This document shows positions 1 to 10,259 of a stretch of DNA of 64,000 nt, in pieces. The position numbers were made by a program, and so were the translations under genes. How positions within the stretch are numbered: the first letter of the stretch is position 1; every line of letters starts with the position of its first letter. Below the pieces are notes generated by a model. The model was given only the letters and a program-made list of their open reading frames with translations, was not told where the DNA came from and ran no database searches. Origin of the DNA: Salinivirgaceae bacterium (GTDB lineage: Bacteria > Bacteroidota > Bacteroidia > Bacteroidales > Salinivirgaceae); contig JAQVXQ010000001.1 in the NCBI GenBank assembly GCA_028709085.1, positions 16,545 to 80,544 on the forward strand. Direction: 5' to 3'.

Positions 1-375
1 CGCTGGATTAAATGGATTGGCTCCCAATCCTCCAAACGACATCTTCCCAATGCCAATGGCTACGAGCGAACCAACTATGATCATCCAAATTGGTATCGAC
101 GATGGGACATTAAAAGCTAAAAGCAAACCGGTAATAATGGCTGACCCATTAAAAATGGTTACTTTTCCTTTAATTAGATATTTCTGGATTAAAAACTCAA
201 ATATTACACATGCGCCTATTGCTGTTAGTGTGACTATAAGCGCCGAAATTCCAAAAAAATAGATGGCTATACCCAACGCCGGTAAAAGACTAAATACAAC
301 GCCATACATTATGGATGGCACCGAATCAGTTCCTTTTACGTGTGGCGAAGGAGAAATAATTAGTTTACGATTCAT
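1..375 (-). CDS. rnfD: Rnf electron-transport complex subunit D, N-terminal part (gene runs off the left edge)
   Basis: Not in the ORF track because it is truncated. Reverse translation from ATG 375-373 gives MNRKLIISPSPHVKGTDSVPSIMYGVV...FGGLGANPFNPA, a multi-TM RnfD/NqrB-like N-terminus. It lies directly downstream of rnfB-rnfC. Confidence 0.8.
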   Translation of the reverse strand, partial: MNRKLIISPSPHVKGTDSVPSIMYGVVFSLLPALGIAIYFFGISALIVTLTAIGACVIFEFLIQKYLIKGKVTIFNGSAIITGLLLAFNVPSSIPIWMIIVGSLVAIGIGKMSFGGLGANPFNPA

Positions 376-401
376 TAGTATCTCTTTTGATTAATTATCA
401 A

Positions 402-1730
402 TTATTTTCTATTCCGCATAATTTTTCCAACATTCGACTTTCCGTGACGAATATAATCGAGTAGGGGGCGGTGTGCTGGACAGGTAAAGCTGCAGGAACC
501 ACATTCAATGCAGTCCATAACATGATTTTTCTCTGCATCACCCCACATTTGTAACTCCCCATGGGTCATTAAAAGAAACGGTTCAAGCCCCATTGGACAT
601 ACAGTTACACATCTTCCACATCGAATACAAGTCACATACTCTTTTCGAGAAGCAAGTTTTTTGTTTAAGATAAGAATTCCACTCGTTCCTTTAGTTACGG
701 GTACATTCAAATCCCTAAGTGCCTTTCCCATCATTGGACCTCCATTTACCACTTTAGCGGTATCTTTGGGTAATCCTCCTATATGGTCAATCAGTTTCTG
801 CACGGGTGTTCCTATGCGCACCTTGAAGTTTGACGGTTTTGAAACCGATTTTCCTGTAACGGTAACTATACGTTCTATTAATGGCTTGTTTTTTTGAATG
901 GCTTCGTAAACAGCAAAGGCCGTTCCTACATTCTGTACAACAGCACCCACTTCAATGGGAAGTTTACCGCTGGGGATTTCTCGATCAAAAATAGCTTTAA
1001 TGAGTTGTTTCTCAGCTCCTTGTGGATACTTAACTTTTAGTGGGACAACGCTAATGCCTTGATATTTCTTTGCTGTTTCAGTGAGTTTGGCTATGGCATC
1101 GGGTTTGTTTTTTTCGATACCAATAACGGCTTTTTTTACACCTAATGCGTTCATTAAAATAGTTGTTCCAACCATTATCTCATCTGGGCTTTCAAGCATA
1201 AGGCGATGATCTGCTGTTAGATAAGGCTCACATTCTACAGCATTAATTATTAATATTTCCGCTGTTTTTCCAGACGGAATCGATAACTTTACATGAGTCG
1301 GAAAAGTAGCTCCTCCCAAACCTACGATACCTAATTCTGAAATTCGTTGGATTATTTCCGAAGTTGAAAGTTCGATGTCCGTTTTCAATGTTGTTGTTTG
1401 GTCAATGGAATCTTCCCATTGATCGCCATCCACATTAATTACAATGGCTTTTCGTCGATATCCGGATGTATCGAATGTTTCTTCAATTTTCTGTACAATT
1501 CCTGAAACGGAAGAGTGAATATTTGCGGACACAAACCCGGTTTGTTTCGCTATTATGGTTCCTACTTTTACGGCATCTCCTTTTTGCACCATTATTTGTG
1601 CTGGTGCTCCAATATGTTGTGAAACCGGAATAATGACCATTTCGGGTAGGGGAAGCGTCTCGACAACGGCTCCGGCTGATAATTTATTTTCGGGCGGGTG
1701 AATACCACCTACTTTAAATGTCTTTAGCAC
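402..1730 (-). CDS. rnfC: Rnf complex subunit C (NADH-binding, 2x[4Fe-4S])
   Basis: 442 aa with two ferredoxin motifs, CIRCGRCVTVCP and CIECGSCSFTCP, near the C-terminus, and a GGATFPTHVK-type nucleotide-site region. GTG start is preceded by GGAGGTG. Operon context is rnfB-rnfC-rnfD. Confidence 0.9.
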   Translation of the reverse strand: MLKTFKVGGIHPPENKLSAGAVVETLPLPEMVIIPVSQHIGAPAQIMVQKGDAVKVGTIIAKQTGFVSANIHSSVSGIVQKIEETFDTSGYRRKAIVINVDGDQWEDSIDQTTTLKTDIELSTSEIIQRISELGIVGLGGATFPTHVKLSIPSGKTAEILIINAVECEPYLTADHRLMLESPDEIMVGTTILMNALGVKKAVIGIEKNKPDAIAKLTETAKKYQGISVVPLKVKYPQGAEKQLIKAIFDREIPSGKLPIEVGAVVQNVGTAFAVYEAIQKNKPLIERIVTVTGKSVSKPSNFKVRIGTPVQKLIDHIGGLPKDTAKVVNGGPMMGKALRDLNVPVTKGTSGILILNKKLASRKEYVTCIRCGRCVTVCPMGLEPFLLMTHGELQMWGDAEKNHVMDCIECGSCSFTCPAHRPLLDYIRHGKSNVGKIMRNRK

Positions 1731-1753
1731 AGTACACCTCCTAGATTAGTTAT

Positions 1754-2626
1754 TTAAATATTTTCAATGATACTTGATGTTGTTTCTTTATCCTCAGTAA
1801 TTTTCTTTGGAGGAAAATTCAACTCTACGATTGCATGTGTTGGACATACATCGACACATTTTCTACAAAGTTTACATTTGTTAAAATCGATATATGCCAA
1901 ATTGTTTTCAATGGTAATGGCATCGTGAGGGCACGCCTTGACGCATTTTCCACAGGCAATACAAGCCACATCACACGCTTTCTTGGCTATGGCGCCTTTG
2001 TCGCAACTAACACAACTAACGTAGATGCGTCGGCTTTTGGGACCTTTTTTGCGCATCTCAATGATCGAGCGTGGACAGGCTTTTACGCAAGCCCCGCATG
2101 CAACACAATTTTCCTCGATAATTACAGGGAGTCCTGTTTTTTCATCCATGTACATTGCGTCGAATTTACAGGCTTCAACACATTCGCCATATCCAAGGCA
2201 ACCATAGGAACAGTCGGTTTCGCCAATATAGAGCGAATGGGCTATGGAACAGTTCTTTGCTCCTTGGAAAATGGATGTTTTTGGTCGATTCTCAGTGCTT
2301 CCGTTACAACGAACTACAGCAATCATTGGTACAGTTTCTTTCACATCCTGTCCTAAAACGGTTGCAATGGCTTTCATAGTCTCGTTTCCGCCTACTGGAC
2401 ATAACATGTCGGATATATGATCGGCTTTTACCAATGCTTCAGCAAAGCCTCTACATCCTGGAAATCCACATCCTCCGCAATTTGCTGCAGGCAATAGTGC
2501 TTCTACCTCGTCAATTCGCGGATCTTCATAAACTTTGAACTTTTTTGCTGCATAAAATAAAACCACTGCTGCAATTACTCCAATAACGCACAGTGTGATG
2601 ATTGATAGTAGAACTATTAGACTCAT
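1754..2626 (-). CDS. rnfB: Rnf complex subunit B (polyferredoxin, N-terminal TM anchor)
   Basis: 290 aa with an N-terminal TM helix, a CGGCGFPGC motif and several CxxCxxCxxxCP clusters (CVACGACVKACP, CIACGKCVKACP, CKLCRKCVDVCP). Confidence 0.85.
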   Translation of the reverse strand: MSLIVLLSIITLCVIGVIAAVVLFYAAKKFKVYEDPRIDEVEALLPAANCGGCGFPGCRGFAEALVKADHISDMLCPVGGNETMKAIATVLGQDVKETVPMIAVVRCNGSTENRPKTSIFQGAKNCSIAHSLYIGETDCSYGCLGYGECVEACKFDAMYMDEKTGLPVIIEENCVACGACVKACPRSIIEMRKKGPKSRRIYVSCVSCDKGAIAKKACDVACIACGKCVKACPHDAITIENNLAYIDFNKCKLCRKCVDVCPTHAIVELNFPPKKITEDKETTSSIIENI

Positions 2627-2634
2627 TTTTATTG

Positions 2635-3045
2635 TTAATTAGTTATCTTTTTTATTTCAAAAGTCATGGTGTTGGTATATTTATTACCGTAAAACTTTAT
2701 ATAAAAAAAATAGATTACAGTTATTAATAGGGACGCAATGCCTGATTTCCATTCTTCTAAACCCATTTGATCGCCAATAATCAGCGTTATTAAGATGATA
2801 ATGAATGGGATAATATAGGCAACTAAAACAGCTTTATATCCTTGCTGTGTGCGTAAATTCACTAGAACTTCTTCGCCAACTTTATATCCTTGATCGTCAA
2901 TGGTTGCTGTTATGTGTCGTTCTTGGACATCAGCAGAAGTACAAGCTCCTTTTGCATGACAGGATGCACATGCTGAAGTTTGTTGCAATGATATTCTCGC
3001 AATGTTTTTTTCAATTGACAAAATTTTACCGGTATGTTCAATCAT
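2635..3045 (-). CDS. RseC/SoxR-reducing-system family small membrane protein, first gene of the rnf operon
   Basis: 136 aa with an N-terminal Cys cluster (CASCHAKGAC) followed by two hydrophobic helices. 8-nt gap to rnfB. Confidence 0.6.
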   Translation of the reverse strand: MIEHTGKILSIEKNIARISLQQTSACASCHAKGACTSADVQERHITATIDDQGYKVGEEVLVNLRTQQGYKAVLVAYIIPFIIILITLIIGDQMGLEEWKSGIASLLITVIYFFYIKFYGNKYTNTMTFEIKKITN

Positions 3046-3069
3046 CCCATTTTATTTTTCAAATAAAGA

Positions 3070-3077
3070 CAAAAGTA
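3070..3077 (-). promoter_or_regulatory. Candidate Bacteroidota -7 promoter box (TACTTTTG) for the rseC-like/rnf operon
   Basis: Exact TAnnTTTG on the minus strand, about 25 nt upstream of ATG 3045. This motif also occurs by chance in AT-rich DNA. Confidence 0.4.
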
Positions 3078-3290
3078 ACCATAGTTTTGAACATTTATTT
3101 CATGATGTGTCAACTTTTGGAGGTTACAATCACTTATTTGTTCCCATTATAAATGGTTTACATTTATTTTAAACATTACTTTTGATTAAAATCATATACT
3201 TCTACTTTTGATAATGAATCGGTTATCATCTAATTATTTTTAATTTAGAAACCATACAACTTCAATGCCCTTTTCATGTTAAATAGCACG

Positions 3291-4652
3291 TTAAAAAATG
3301 TAGTTAAGAGCTATATAAATACCATTTGTCCCATCATTTTTATTTAATGCCTGTGCATAATCAACAGCAATAATGAAATTTTCGTTCAAGGCAAATCGCA
3401 ATCCAGCACCATATCCGATATGAAATACGTCTCTGTTTTTTGAATTAAAAAAATCGTTTGATCTATAATCTGGATTCTGTAGTGCGATCTGATTTAGAAT
3501 CTCTTCTTTATTGAATTTAATATTCCGAGTAACCATTCCGCCATCAACAAAGCCATTTAATCCGATATAGATATTTTGTTTTAAGATTTTAAACGTGTTG
3601 CTTTTCGCACGAAGTTCAACATTGGTTAATAATACATCGTTGCCCACAATCCTATTTCTCATTATTCCCCGGATTGATTTTGCACCTCCCAATCCTTCAT
3701 TATTTGCCCCACGCAAAAAAGTAGTGGTTAAATAGGGCTGTAAATAAAAGGGTGCGTGATCTCCTAAAGTAGCTTGATACATAACTCGATATGCAAGTGC
3801 TAATCGTTTGTTTATCAGAGTGAAATACTGTCTGTGAATAAGTGCTGCTTTAAGATGAGTTTCTCCTGGATTTTGGTCGATTTTAGGAGAAAATGAGAGT
3901 ACTAATTCCGTAAATATTCCTTTGAACGGATTTGGTTCATTGTCTCGGGTATCATATACTACGCCACCTTTTAAATAACCATGAAATCCGCCATCTTTTT
4001 CGCTTTCTGGAATTACACCCCAATCAACATATAAATCGTATAACGACGCAGTATCGGGAAGTACGCTCTTATTTCCTTTGTTCAGCCTATCAAGATCCAA
4101 CGATCCAATGCTGTAATTATAGAGTGCTATGCCGGCAATCCAACGGAAATTTTTCCCAAAATTGCGCTGAAGGTCTGTAGTAAATCGAAATATTTTTCGA
4201 TCATGGGCATAAAACAATCGAGAACGATACAATTCCGAATCCTCATCAATCCAATTCGGATTGTAAATCGCTTCGGAACCATTAAACCCAAAAAAACTAA
4301 GCGCTTGTTCTGTTAAATAGCTAATGTCGGTGGTGATTCGATAATTGGGAATTAAATGTTTGGAATCGTAAAAAAAACGATTAATTCCCGATCCTTTTGT
4401 AAATCGGCTCACTTCAAAATACAAGGAGTGAAGATATTCTGGGTAGGTTGACCCATTGCCATAAAAGTAGAAATTGGTTAAACCCCCATATTGAAAACCT
4501 AAATCGGTATCAAAGGTAATGGTGGGTAACGCACCTAAGGTCCAACCCGTTTTTGTTTCCGTAGTGTCGTTCATTGAGTTTGCATATATTCCTGATATAG
4601 AGAGAAATATAGTTAGCATTAGAAGTGTAACACGAATGTTTTTATTGTTCAT
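3291..4652 (-). CDS. Outer-membrane beta-barrel protein, Omp85/surface-antigen-like, no obvious POTRA repeats
   Basis: 453 aa with a signal peptide, alternating beta-strand pattern, a GYGAGLRF motif and a C-terminal ...YIALNYIF with terminal Phe. Confidence 0.55.
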   Translation of the reverse strand: MNNKNIRVTLLMLTIFLSISGIYANSMNDTTETKTGWTLGALPTITFDTDLGFQYGGLTNFYFYGNGSTYPEYLHSLYFEVSRFTKGSGINRFFYDSKHLIPNYRITTDISYLTEQALSFFGFNGSEAIYNPNWIDEDSELYRSRLFYAHDRKIFRFTTDLQRNFGKNFRWIAGIALYNYSIGSLDLDRLNKGNKSVLPDTASLYDLYVDWGVIPESEKDGGFHGYLKGGVVYDTRDNEPNPFKGIFTELVLSFSPKIDQNPGETHLKAALIHRQYFTLINKRLALAYRVMYQATLGDHAPFYLQPYLTTTFLRGANNEGLGGAKSIRGIMRNRIVGNDVLLTNVELRAKSNTFKILKQNIYIGLNGFVDGGMVTRNIKFNKEEILNQIALQNPDYRSNDFFNSKNRDVFHIGYGAGLRFALNENFIIAVDYAQALNKNDGTNGIYIALNYIF

Positions 4653-4786
4653 GATTGCGCTTTATGACTAAGATTTAAGTTTAAAACTATGGTGAGATAG
4701 CAAATTCATTACCATGTATTAACAATTACAAATCTTTTCTTTTCCAATAACCTTGTTTTTTATACACAAATATGCTTGCAAATTAG

Positions 4787-4794
4787 TAAATTTG
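4787..4794 (+). promoter_or_regulatory. Candidate -7 promoter box (TAAATTTG) for hutI-ftcD
   Basis: Exact TAnnTTTG about 50 nt upstream of ATG 4844. Confidence 0.4.
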
Positions 4795-4843
4795 TACCAA
4801 ATACAACGATAACTACATACGAATCTATAAAATTTTTGATTTA

Positions 4844-6082
4844 ATGAAACTACTTATAAAAAACATTGCAAAACTTATTCAAACCGAGGAAACGCCTCGT
4901 TCATGGGTTGCCGGTAAAGATATGGATCAATTACCAATTCTTGAAAATGCTTATTTACTGATTAATAATGATTTAATTGAGGACTTTGGTCCCATGAGTC
5001 AATGTCCAAAGGGTGATTTTGAATCGATTGATGCAATAGGAAAGTTTGTCTTTCCATCGTTTTGTGATAGCCATACACACATTGTATATGCTGGAAGTCG
5101 CGAAATAGAGTATGTGGATAAGATAAAAGGTCTTTCCTATGAAGAGATTGCAGAAAAAGGCGGTGGAATTTTAAATTCTGCCAAATTACTTGCCCAAACA
5201 AGCGAAGATGACTTATATAATCAAGCCTTAACGCGTGTAAATGAGATGATTTCGTTCGGAACAGGAGCAATTGAAATTAAATCGGGTTATGGCTTAGATG
5301 TAGAGAATGAATTGAAAATGCTACGTGTAATTAAACGATTAAAGGAGCATGTACCAGTTATAATAAAATCCACTTTCTTGGGTGCTCACAGTATCCCAAT
5401 GGAATATAGAGGAAGACAGTCAGAATTTGTCGATTTAATTATCAATGAAATGCTTCCTCAGGTTGTAGCTGGCGACTTAGCCGATTATGTGGATGTGTTC
5501 TGTGACAAAGGATTTTTTACGGTAGAAGATACAGAACGGATTTTGATGGCTTCCATGAAACTTGGTTTACAGGGGAAAATACATGCCAATGAATTGGATT
5601 ACTCAGGAGGTGTGCAAGCGGGGGTAAAGTACAATGCTCGTTCAGTTGATCATCTGGAATTTATTGGTAAAGAGGAGATTGCATCCTTAAAAGGGAGTGA
5701 GACAATGCCAACAATTCTTCCCGGAGCAGCATTTTTTCTAAATATGGTTTGTTCTCCAGTTCGCGAAATGATGAACGCAGGACTTCCCATTGCGCTGGCA
5801 TCGGATTACAATCCGGGATCATCACCATCGGGAAACATGAAATTTGTTATATCCTTAGCTTGTATAAATTACAAAATGACACCAAACGAAGCGATTAATG
5901 CAACAACGTTGAATTCGGCTTACGCCATGGGAATTGAGAACGAAGCGGGCTCTATTGCACGAGGCAAAAAAGCTAATGTGTTTATTACTAAAGAGATACC
6001 AAGCATCGAATATATTCCATATGCTTACACGAGCAATATTATGGATACCATTATTTTGAATGGTAAAGTGATAAATATATAA
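4844..6082 (+). CDS. hutI: Imidazolonepropionase (histidine utilisation)
   Basis: 412 aa with the amidohydrolase metal motif DSHTHIVYAGSRE and the typical HutI length. Followed by ftcD. Confidence 0.9.
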   Translation: MKLLIKNIAKLIQTEETPRSWVAGKDMDQLPILENAYLLINNDLIEDFGPMSQCPKGDFESIDAIGKFVFPSFCDSHTHIVYAGSREIEYVDKIKGLSYEEIAEKGGGILNSAKLLAQTSEDDLYNQALTRVNEMISFGTGAIEIKSGYGLDVENELKMLRVIKRLKEHVPVIIKSTFLGAHSIPMEYRGRQSEFVDLIINEMLPQVVAGDLADYVDVFCDKGFFTVEDTERILMASMKLGLQGKIHANELDYSGGVQAGVKYNARSVDHLEFIGKEEIASLKGSETMPTILPGAAFFLNMVCSPVREMMNAGLPIALASDYNPGSSPSGNMKFVISLACINYKMTPNEAINATTLNSAYAMGIENEAGSIARGKKANVFITKEIPSIEYIPYAYTSNIMDTIILNGKVINI

Positions 6083-6136
6083 TAGAGTGATCGGAAATTT
6101 AAAATATTGTAACTAAAATAATAAATTAGAAGAACT

Positions 6137-7834
6137 ATGACAAAACAACTTATTGAATGCGTTCCTAACTTTAGCGAAGGGAACGATATGTCTGTAATTA
6201 AGCAAATTACAGATCAAATTGAATCGGTTGAAGGTGTACGTTTAATTGATGTTGACCCGGGAAAAGCAACGAATCGTACTGTTGTAACAATTGTTGGAAC
6301 TCCCGAAGAAGTGTGTGAAGCTGCATTCAGAGGCATGAAAAAAGCCCAAGAACTGATTGATATGCGAAAACACAAAGGGGCTCATCCTCGATTTGGTGCT
6401 ACTGATGTGTGTCCACTGATTCCTGTAGCCAATATTACAATGGAAGAAGTTGTTAAATACGCACATAAATTAGCAAAAAGAGTTGGAGAGGAGTTAAATA
6501 TTCCAATTTACTGTTATGAATATGCGGCCACGGAACAGAAACGAAAAAATTTAGCTACATGTAGGCAAGGAGAGTATGAAGCTGTGGCACAGCGTATTGT
6601 AACACCTGAGTGGAAGCCAGACTTTGGTCCTGCAAAATGGAATGAGAGTACTGCCAAAAGTGGGGTAACCGCTATTGGAGCACGTAATTTCCTTATTGCC
6701 TATAATGTAAACTTAAATACAACGTCAACACGTCGTGCAAATTCAATTGCCTTTGATGTACGCGAACGCGGACGAGTAAAACGGGAAGGCGATGCTGTTA
6801 CTGGAAAAATTGTTAAAGACGATAAAGGCGAAAAAGTATGGGAACCCGGTTTATTAAAATCGGTGAAAGCCATAGGTTGGTTTATTGAAGAGTTTGGAGT
6901 GGCCCAAATTTCAATGAATCTTACCGACATTACCGTAACTCCACTGCATATTGGATTCGACACCGTTTGTGATAGAGCTCATGCAAGAGGAATTCGTGTT
7001 ACGGGCTCCGAATTAGTCGGCGTTGTGCCACTTCAAGCCATGCTCGATGCAGGAAAGTATTTCTTGAGAAAGCAAAATAGATCCACCGGAGTTTCGGATA
7101 GCGAATTAATTAAAATAGCCGTAAAATCAATGGGATTGGACGAATTATATCCATTTGATCCAAATAAAAAGATTATTGAATATATATTGAAAGGCGATTG
7201 CAGTAAAGCGTTGATTAATAAAACGTTGGTTGACTTTGCAAACGAAACCGCAAGCGAATCCCCAGCACCTGGAGGAGGCTCAATTTCAGCATATATGGGC
7301 GCAATGGGAGCCGCATTAAGTTCTATGGTAGCAAACCTATCGTCGCACAAAAGAGGCTGGGACGATCGTTGGGAAGAGTTTAGCGATTGGGCGGAAAAAG
7401 GAAAAGCAATTCAAAACGAACTACTGAAACTTGTTGATGAAGATACCAATGCATTTAATCTGATAATGAGTGCATTCGAACTTCCAAAAGGTTCGGATCA
7501 AGAAAAAATAGACCGAAAACAAGCCATTCAAAACGCTACAAAATATGCCATTGAAGTTCCATTTAAAACCATGGAATTATGTTTTGCAGCCATGGATGTT
7601 GCAAAAGCAATGGCCGAAATTGGAAACCCAAATTCAGTTACTGACGCAGGAGTGGGCGCATTGGCTGCTCGTTCAGGTGTTCTTGGTGCTTTTTTGAATG
7701 TTAAAATTAATGCCGCAGAACTCGACGATAAAACGTTTGCTGCTTCAATGGTAACCAAAGGCGAAACGATTGTGAAAAAAGCCAATGAATTGGAAGCAAC
7801 AATATGGAAACTTGTTGAAGCTAAAATAGAGTAA
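6137..7834 (+). CDS. ftcD: Bifunctional glutamate formimidoyltransferase / formimidoyl-THF cyclodeaminase
   Basis: 565 aa. N-terminal ECVPNFSEG transferase signature, C-terminal helical cyclodeaminase-like domain of about 200 aa. Confidence 0.85.
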   Translation: MTKQLIECVPNFSEGNDMSVIKQITDQIESVEGVRLIDVDPGKATNRTVVTIVGTPEEVCEAAFRGMKKAQELIDMRKHKGAHPRFGATDVCPLIPVANITMEEVVKYAHKLAKRVGEELNIPIYCYEYAATEQKRKNLATCRQGEYEAVAQRIVTPEWKPDFGPAKWNESTAKSGVTAIGARNFLIAYNVNLNTTSTRRANSIAFDVRERGRVKREGDAVTGKIVKDDKGEKVWEPGLLKSVKAIGWFIEEFGVAQISMNLTDITVTPLHIGFDTVCDRAHARGIRVTGSELVGVVPLQAMLDAGKYFLRKQNRSTGVSDSELIKIAVKSMGLDELYPFDPNKKIIEYILKGDCSKALINKTLVDFANETASESPAPGGGSISAYMGAMGAALSSMVANLSSHKRGWDDRWEEFSDWAEKGKAIQNELLKLVDEDTNAFNLIMSAFELPKGSDQEKIDRKQAIQNATKYAIEVPFKTMELCFAAMDVAKAMAEIGNPNSVTDAGVGALAARSGVLGAFLNVKINAAELDDKTFAASMVTKGETIVKKANELEATIWKLVEAKIE

Positions 7835-7851
7835 TATTATTAATGTAATGT

Positions 7852-7909
7852 CCTGTAGTTTATTATAAAATCATAAAGTGGATTAAGTAATAGACTACAG
7901 GGCTTTTTT
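7852..7909 (+). terminator. Possible intrinsic terminator after ftcD
   Basis: Stem CCTGTAGT (7852-7859) pairs with ACTACAGG (7894-7901) and is followed by a T6 run. The loop is long, so this is only moderate. Confidence 0.4.
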
Positions 7910-7975
7910 GAAATTGAAATAATCAAAACAGATGAGTTGCAAAGTATTCATCATTTAATTTTAGAGGAGAGTAGT

Positions 7976-8614
7976 ATGTCATATCATATTCATCTAGTTG
8001 ACGATCACAAATTGTTTAGACAAGGGTTGAGAATTTTAATTGAAAATCTTCCCGATGTTGAGAAAATAAGTGAATCGGACGATGGGGCTGAGTTTTTAGA
8101 AGCCATTAATTCTGAAATTCCTTCGTTGGTTTTGATGGATATCGATATGCCAATAATTAATGGGATAGAGGCAACCCGAAAAGCGTTGGCGCTTTATCCT
8201 GATTTGAAAATTATTGCTTTGTCAATGTACGGTGACGAAGAGTATTACTATCAAATGATAGATGCTGGTGCACGTGGATTTTTATTGAAGAACACCGATT
8301 TTAATGAAGTAAAGAAGGCAATCTATTCAGTCTTAGATGGCAACAACTATTTTAGTGAAGATCTCTTGTACAACCTAATTCGGACCATTAAAACGCGCAA
8401 ATCGGAACCCATTGAGGATATTCTTTCTGTTCGTGAAAAAGACATTCTGTTTCATATCTGTTTGGGGCTTTCTAATCAGGAGATTGCCGATAAATTGACC
8501 ATAAGCAAGCGAACCGTTGATAAACACCGGTGCAATATCTTATTTAAAACCAATTGTAAAAATACCGCTAGTCTTGTAATTTATGCCATAAAACAACATT
8601 TAATTGAGGTTTAA
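7976..8614 (+). CDS. NarL/LuxR-family response regulator (REC + LuxR HTH), no kinase adjacent
   Basis: Start taken at MSYHIHLVDDH. REC motifs LVLMDIDMP and KIIALS are present, with a C-terminal LuxR HTH (LSNQEIADKLTISKRTVDKH). The track start at 7937 is a TTG extension. Confidence 0.85.
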   Translation: MSYHIHLVDDHKLFRQGLRILIENLPDVEKISESDDGAEFLEAINSEIPSLVLMDIDMPIINGIEATRKALALYPDLKIIALSMYGDEEYYYQMIDAGARGFLLKNTDFNEVKKAIYSVLDGNNYFSEDLLYNLIRTIKTRKSEPIEDILSVREKDILFHICLGLSNQEIADKLTISKRTVDKHRCNILFKTNCKNTASLVIYAIKQHLIEV

Positions 8615-8764
8615 ATTGAGTGTAATCAAAATAGTTATCGCTTTACTGTCAAAGTATAGTATATAAACAACTACTCCATAAGATTTATCGCAAAATCATT
8701 GTTTATCATGCTTTTACATTATTATTTGGTGTGCAGATAGATTTCAATTAACCCATATGAAAGA

Positions 8765-9556
8765 ATGAAAAATAAGAAAATCCATGCTGCATATCATTAC
8801 TTGCAATATAAAATAATAGCGAAACATAAAAAAGGGCATAGTATTCATAGTCCTTTTATTTTCAATTTCGTAATCGATGTTCTTTCCGATTCTGTAAAAC
8901 CAAATTATTTTCTCGAAAATAGACAACATGAAAAGATATTATTGCAAAATGGAAGTGAGATTGAAATTATAGACTATGGCGCAGGATCTTCGTTTGGGAA
9001 TAGAAGTATTCAGAAAATTAAAAATAATGCGAAAAACTCGGCAACCCCATGGAAATATCGATGTCTGTTAGCCCAAATATCAAATTATTACAAACCCGAA
9101 TTAGTTGTTGAATTAGGGACTTCTATGGGATTAACCACCAGTGTTTTAGCGAACTCAACTAAACATAAAGTGATTACCGTTGAAGGGAGCGAAAGTATTT
9201 ACAAAGTGGCTTTAGCCAATTTTCAGAAATGGAAAAACCAAAATATTGTTAGCATAAATGCTCAATTCGATGATTTTATAGCCACCTTAAATTCAAATTC
9301 TTCAAAAACATTAATTTATATTGATGGAAATCATCGGTACAAATCCACCATTGATTATGTAAATACCTTATGGAGCAAGATCCCCGACGGTAGCATAATT
9401 GTAATTGATGATATATATTGGTCGGCCGAAATGACAAAAGCGTGGAAAGAGATTTGTGAAATTGCTCCCAACAAATATACGGTAGATCTCTACCACATGG
9501 GCATAATTTTCAAACATAAAAACTGTGTTGGTCAGCATTTTAGGATTAGATATTAA
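8765..9556 (+). CDS. Class I SAM-dependent methyltransferase (O-methyltransferase-like)
   Basis: 263 aa with Rossmann motif I VVELGTSMGLTT and a later IYIDGNH / VIDDI acidic motif. Confidence 0.65.
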   Translation: MKNKKIHAAYHYLQYKIIAKHKKGHSIHSPFIFNFVIDVLSDSVKPNYFLENRQHEKILLQNGSEIEIIDYGAGSSFGNRSIQKIKNNAKNSATPWKYRCLLAQISNYYKPELVVELGTSMGLTTSVLANSTKHKVITVEGSESIYKVALANFQKWKNQNIVSINAQFDDFIATLNSNSSKTLIYIDGNHRYKSTIDYVNTLWSKIPDGSIIVIDDIYWSAEMTKAWKEICEIAPNKYTVDLYHMGIIFKHKNCVGQHFRIRY

Positions 9557-10245
9557 TCTTTATCCACCAACATATAACCACTTCCATGAATATTCTCAAT
9601 TTTTAATGAACTATCTTCCTTTAAAAATTTCCTGAGTTTTGTAATATACACATCCATGCTTCGAGCAGTAAAATAGTTGCTATCGCCCCAAATTTCACGT
9701 AAAACTATGTCACGAACAACAACCTGATTTACATTTTTAGCTAACATATAGAGTAGTTTTCCCTCTTTTGGACTCAATCGCTCCTCACTATTTTCTAGTT
9801 TCAATATTCGAGTTGTTGGAATATATTCATATTTTCCAATGCTCAATGGGTTATCTTTTCCTTGAAAAAGCTCTTGACGTCTTCGAATAATGGCCTTAAT
9901 TTTATACAATAAAACCTCGGAGTCGAATGGTTTTGTAATATAATCGTCGGCACCAAGTCTAAAGCCTTCAATCATATCCTCTTTAAGCGTTTTTGCGGTC
10001 AAAAAAATGAATGGAACAATTGGATCGTTAGCACGTACATGCTTTGCAATGGTATAGCCATCAGCATGGGGCAACATGATGTCCAAAATGCACAAATCAT
10101 ATTTACCCTTTGTAAACTCCTCTATGGCACGTTGCCCATCGTCAATCCATTCAACATCAAACTGATTCATTTCTAAATAGGAGCGTAGAACGGTTCCGAA
10201 ATTTATATCATCTTCTACAAGAAAAATGGAGTGTTTCTTTTTCAT
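9553..10245 (-). CDS. OmpR-family response regulator
   Basis: 230 aa. REC domain (FLVEDD, LCILDIMLP, LTAK) plus a winged-helix C-terminus. Forms an operon with the kinase upstream. Confidence 0.85.
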   Translation of the reverse strand: MKKKHSIFLVEDDINFGTVLRSYLEMNQFDVEWIDDGQRAIEEFTKGKYDLCILDIMLPHADGYTIAKHVRANDPIVPFIFLTAKTLKEDMIEGFRLGADDYITKPFDSEVLLYKIKAIIRRRQELFQGKDNPLSIGKYEYIPTTRILKLENSEERLSPKEGKLLYMLAKNVNQVVVRDIVLREIWGDSNYFTARSMDVYITKLRKFLKEDSSLKIENIHGSGYMLVDKD

Positions 10246-10259
10246 ATCTTTCGCATTAA

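Noticed and set aside
17-262. 81-aa plus-strand ORF at the left edge
   Set aside because: It lies antisense to a convincing RnfD N-terminus (minus strand, ATG at 375) and has no recognisable features of its own.
1835-2356. 173-aa ORF antisense to rnfB, unusually long for AT-rich DNA. Similar antisense ORFs occur at 17878-18243, 23616-23948, 27229-27648 and 46860-47225.
   Set aside because: The rnfB one is codon-aligned with the sense frame, so stops arise only from sense TTA, CTA or TCA. This Cys/Gly/Val-rich segment has only about 5 Leu and few Ser, so absence of stops is expected by chance. The translated products are low-complexity mirror sequences. No start context or promoter was seen for any of them.
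8744-8929. 61-aa minus-strand ORF overlapping the start of the methyltransferase gene
   Set aside because: It overlaps a better-supported plus-strand CDS and has no independent support.
9553-9556. Convergent methyltransferase and response-regulator genes share overlapping stop codons within the palindrome TTAA
   Set aside because: This is a real but trivial consequence of compact gene packing, with no evidence of regulatory meaning.
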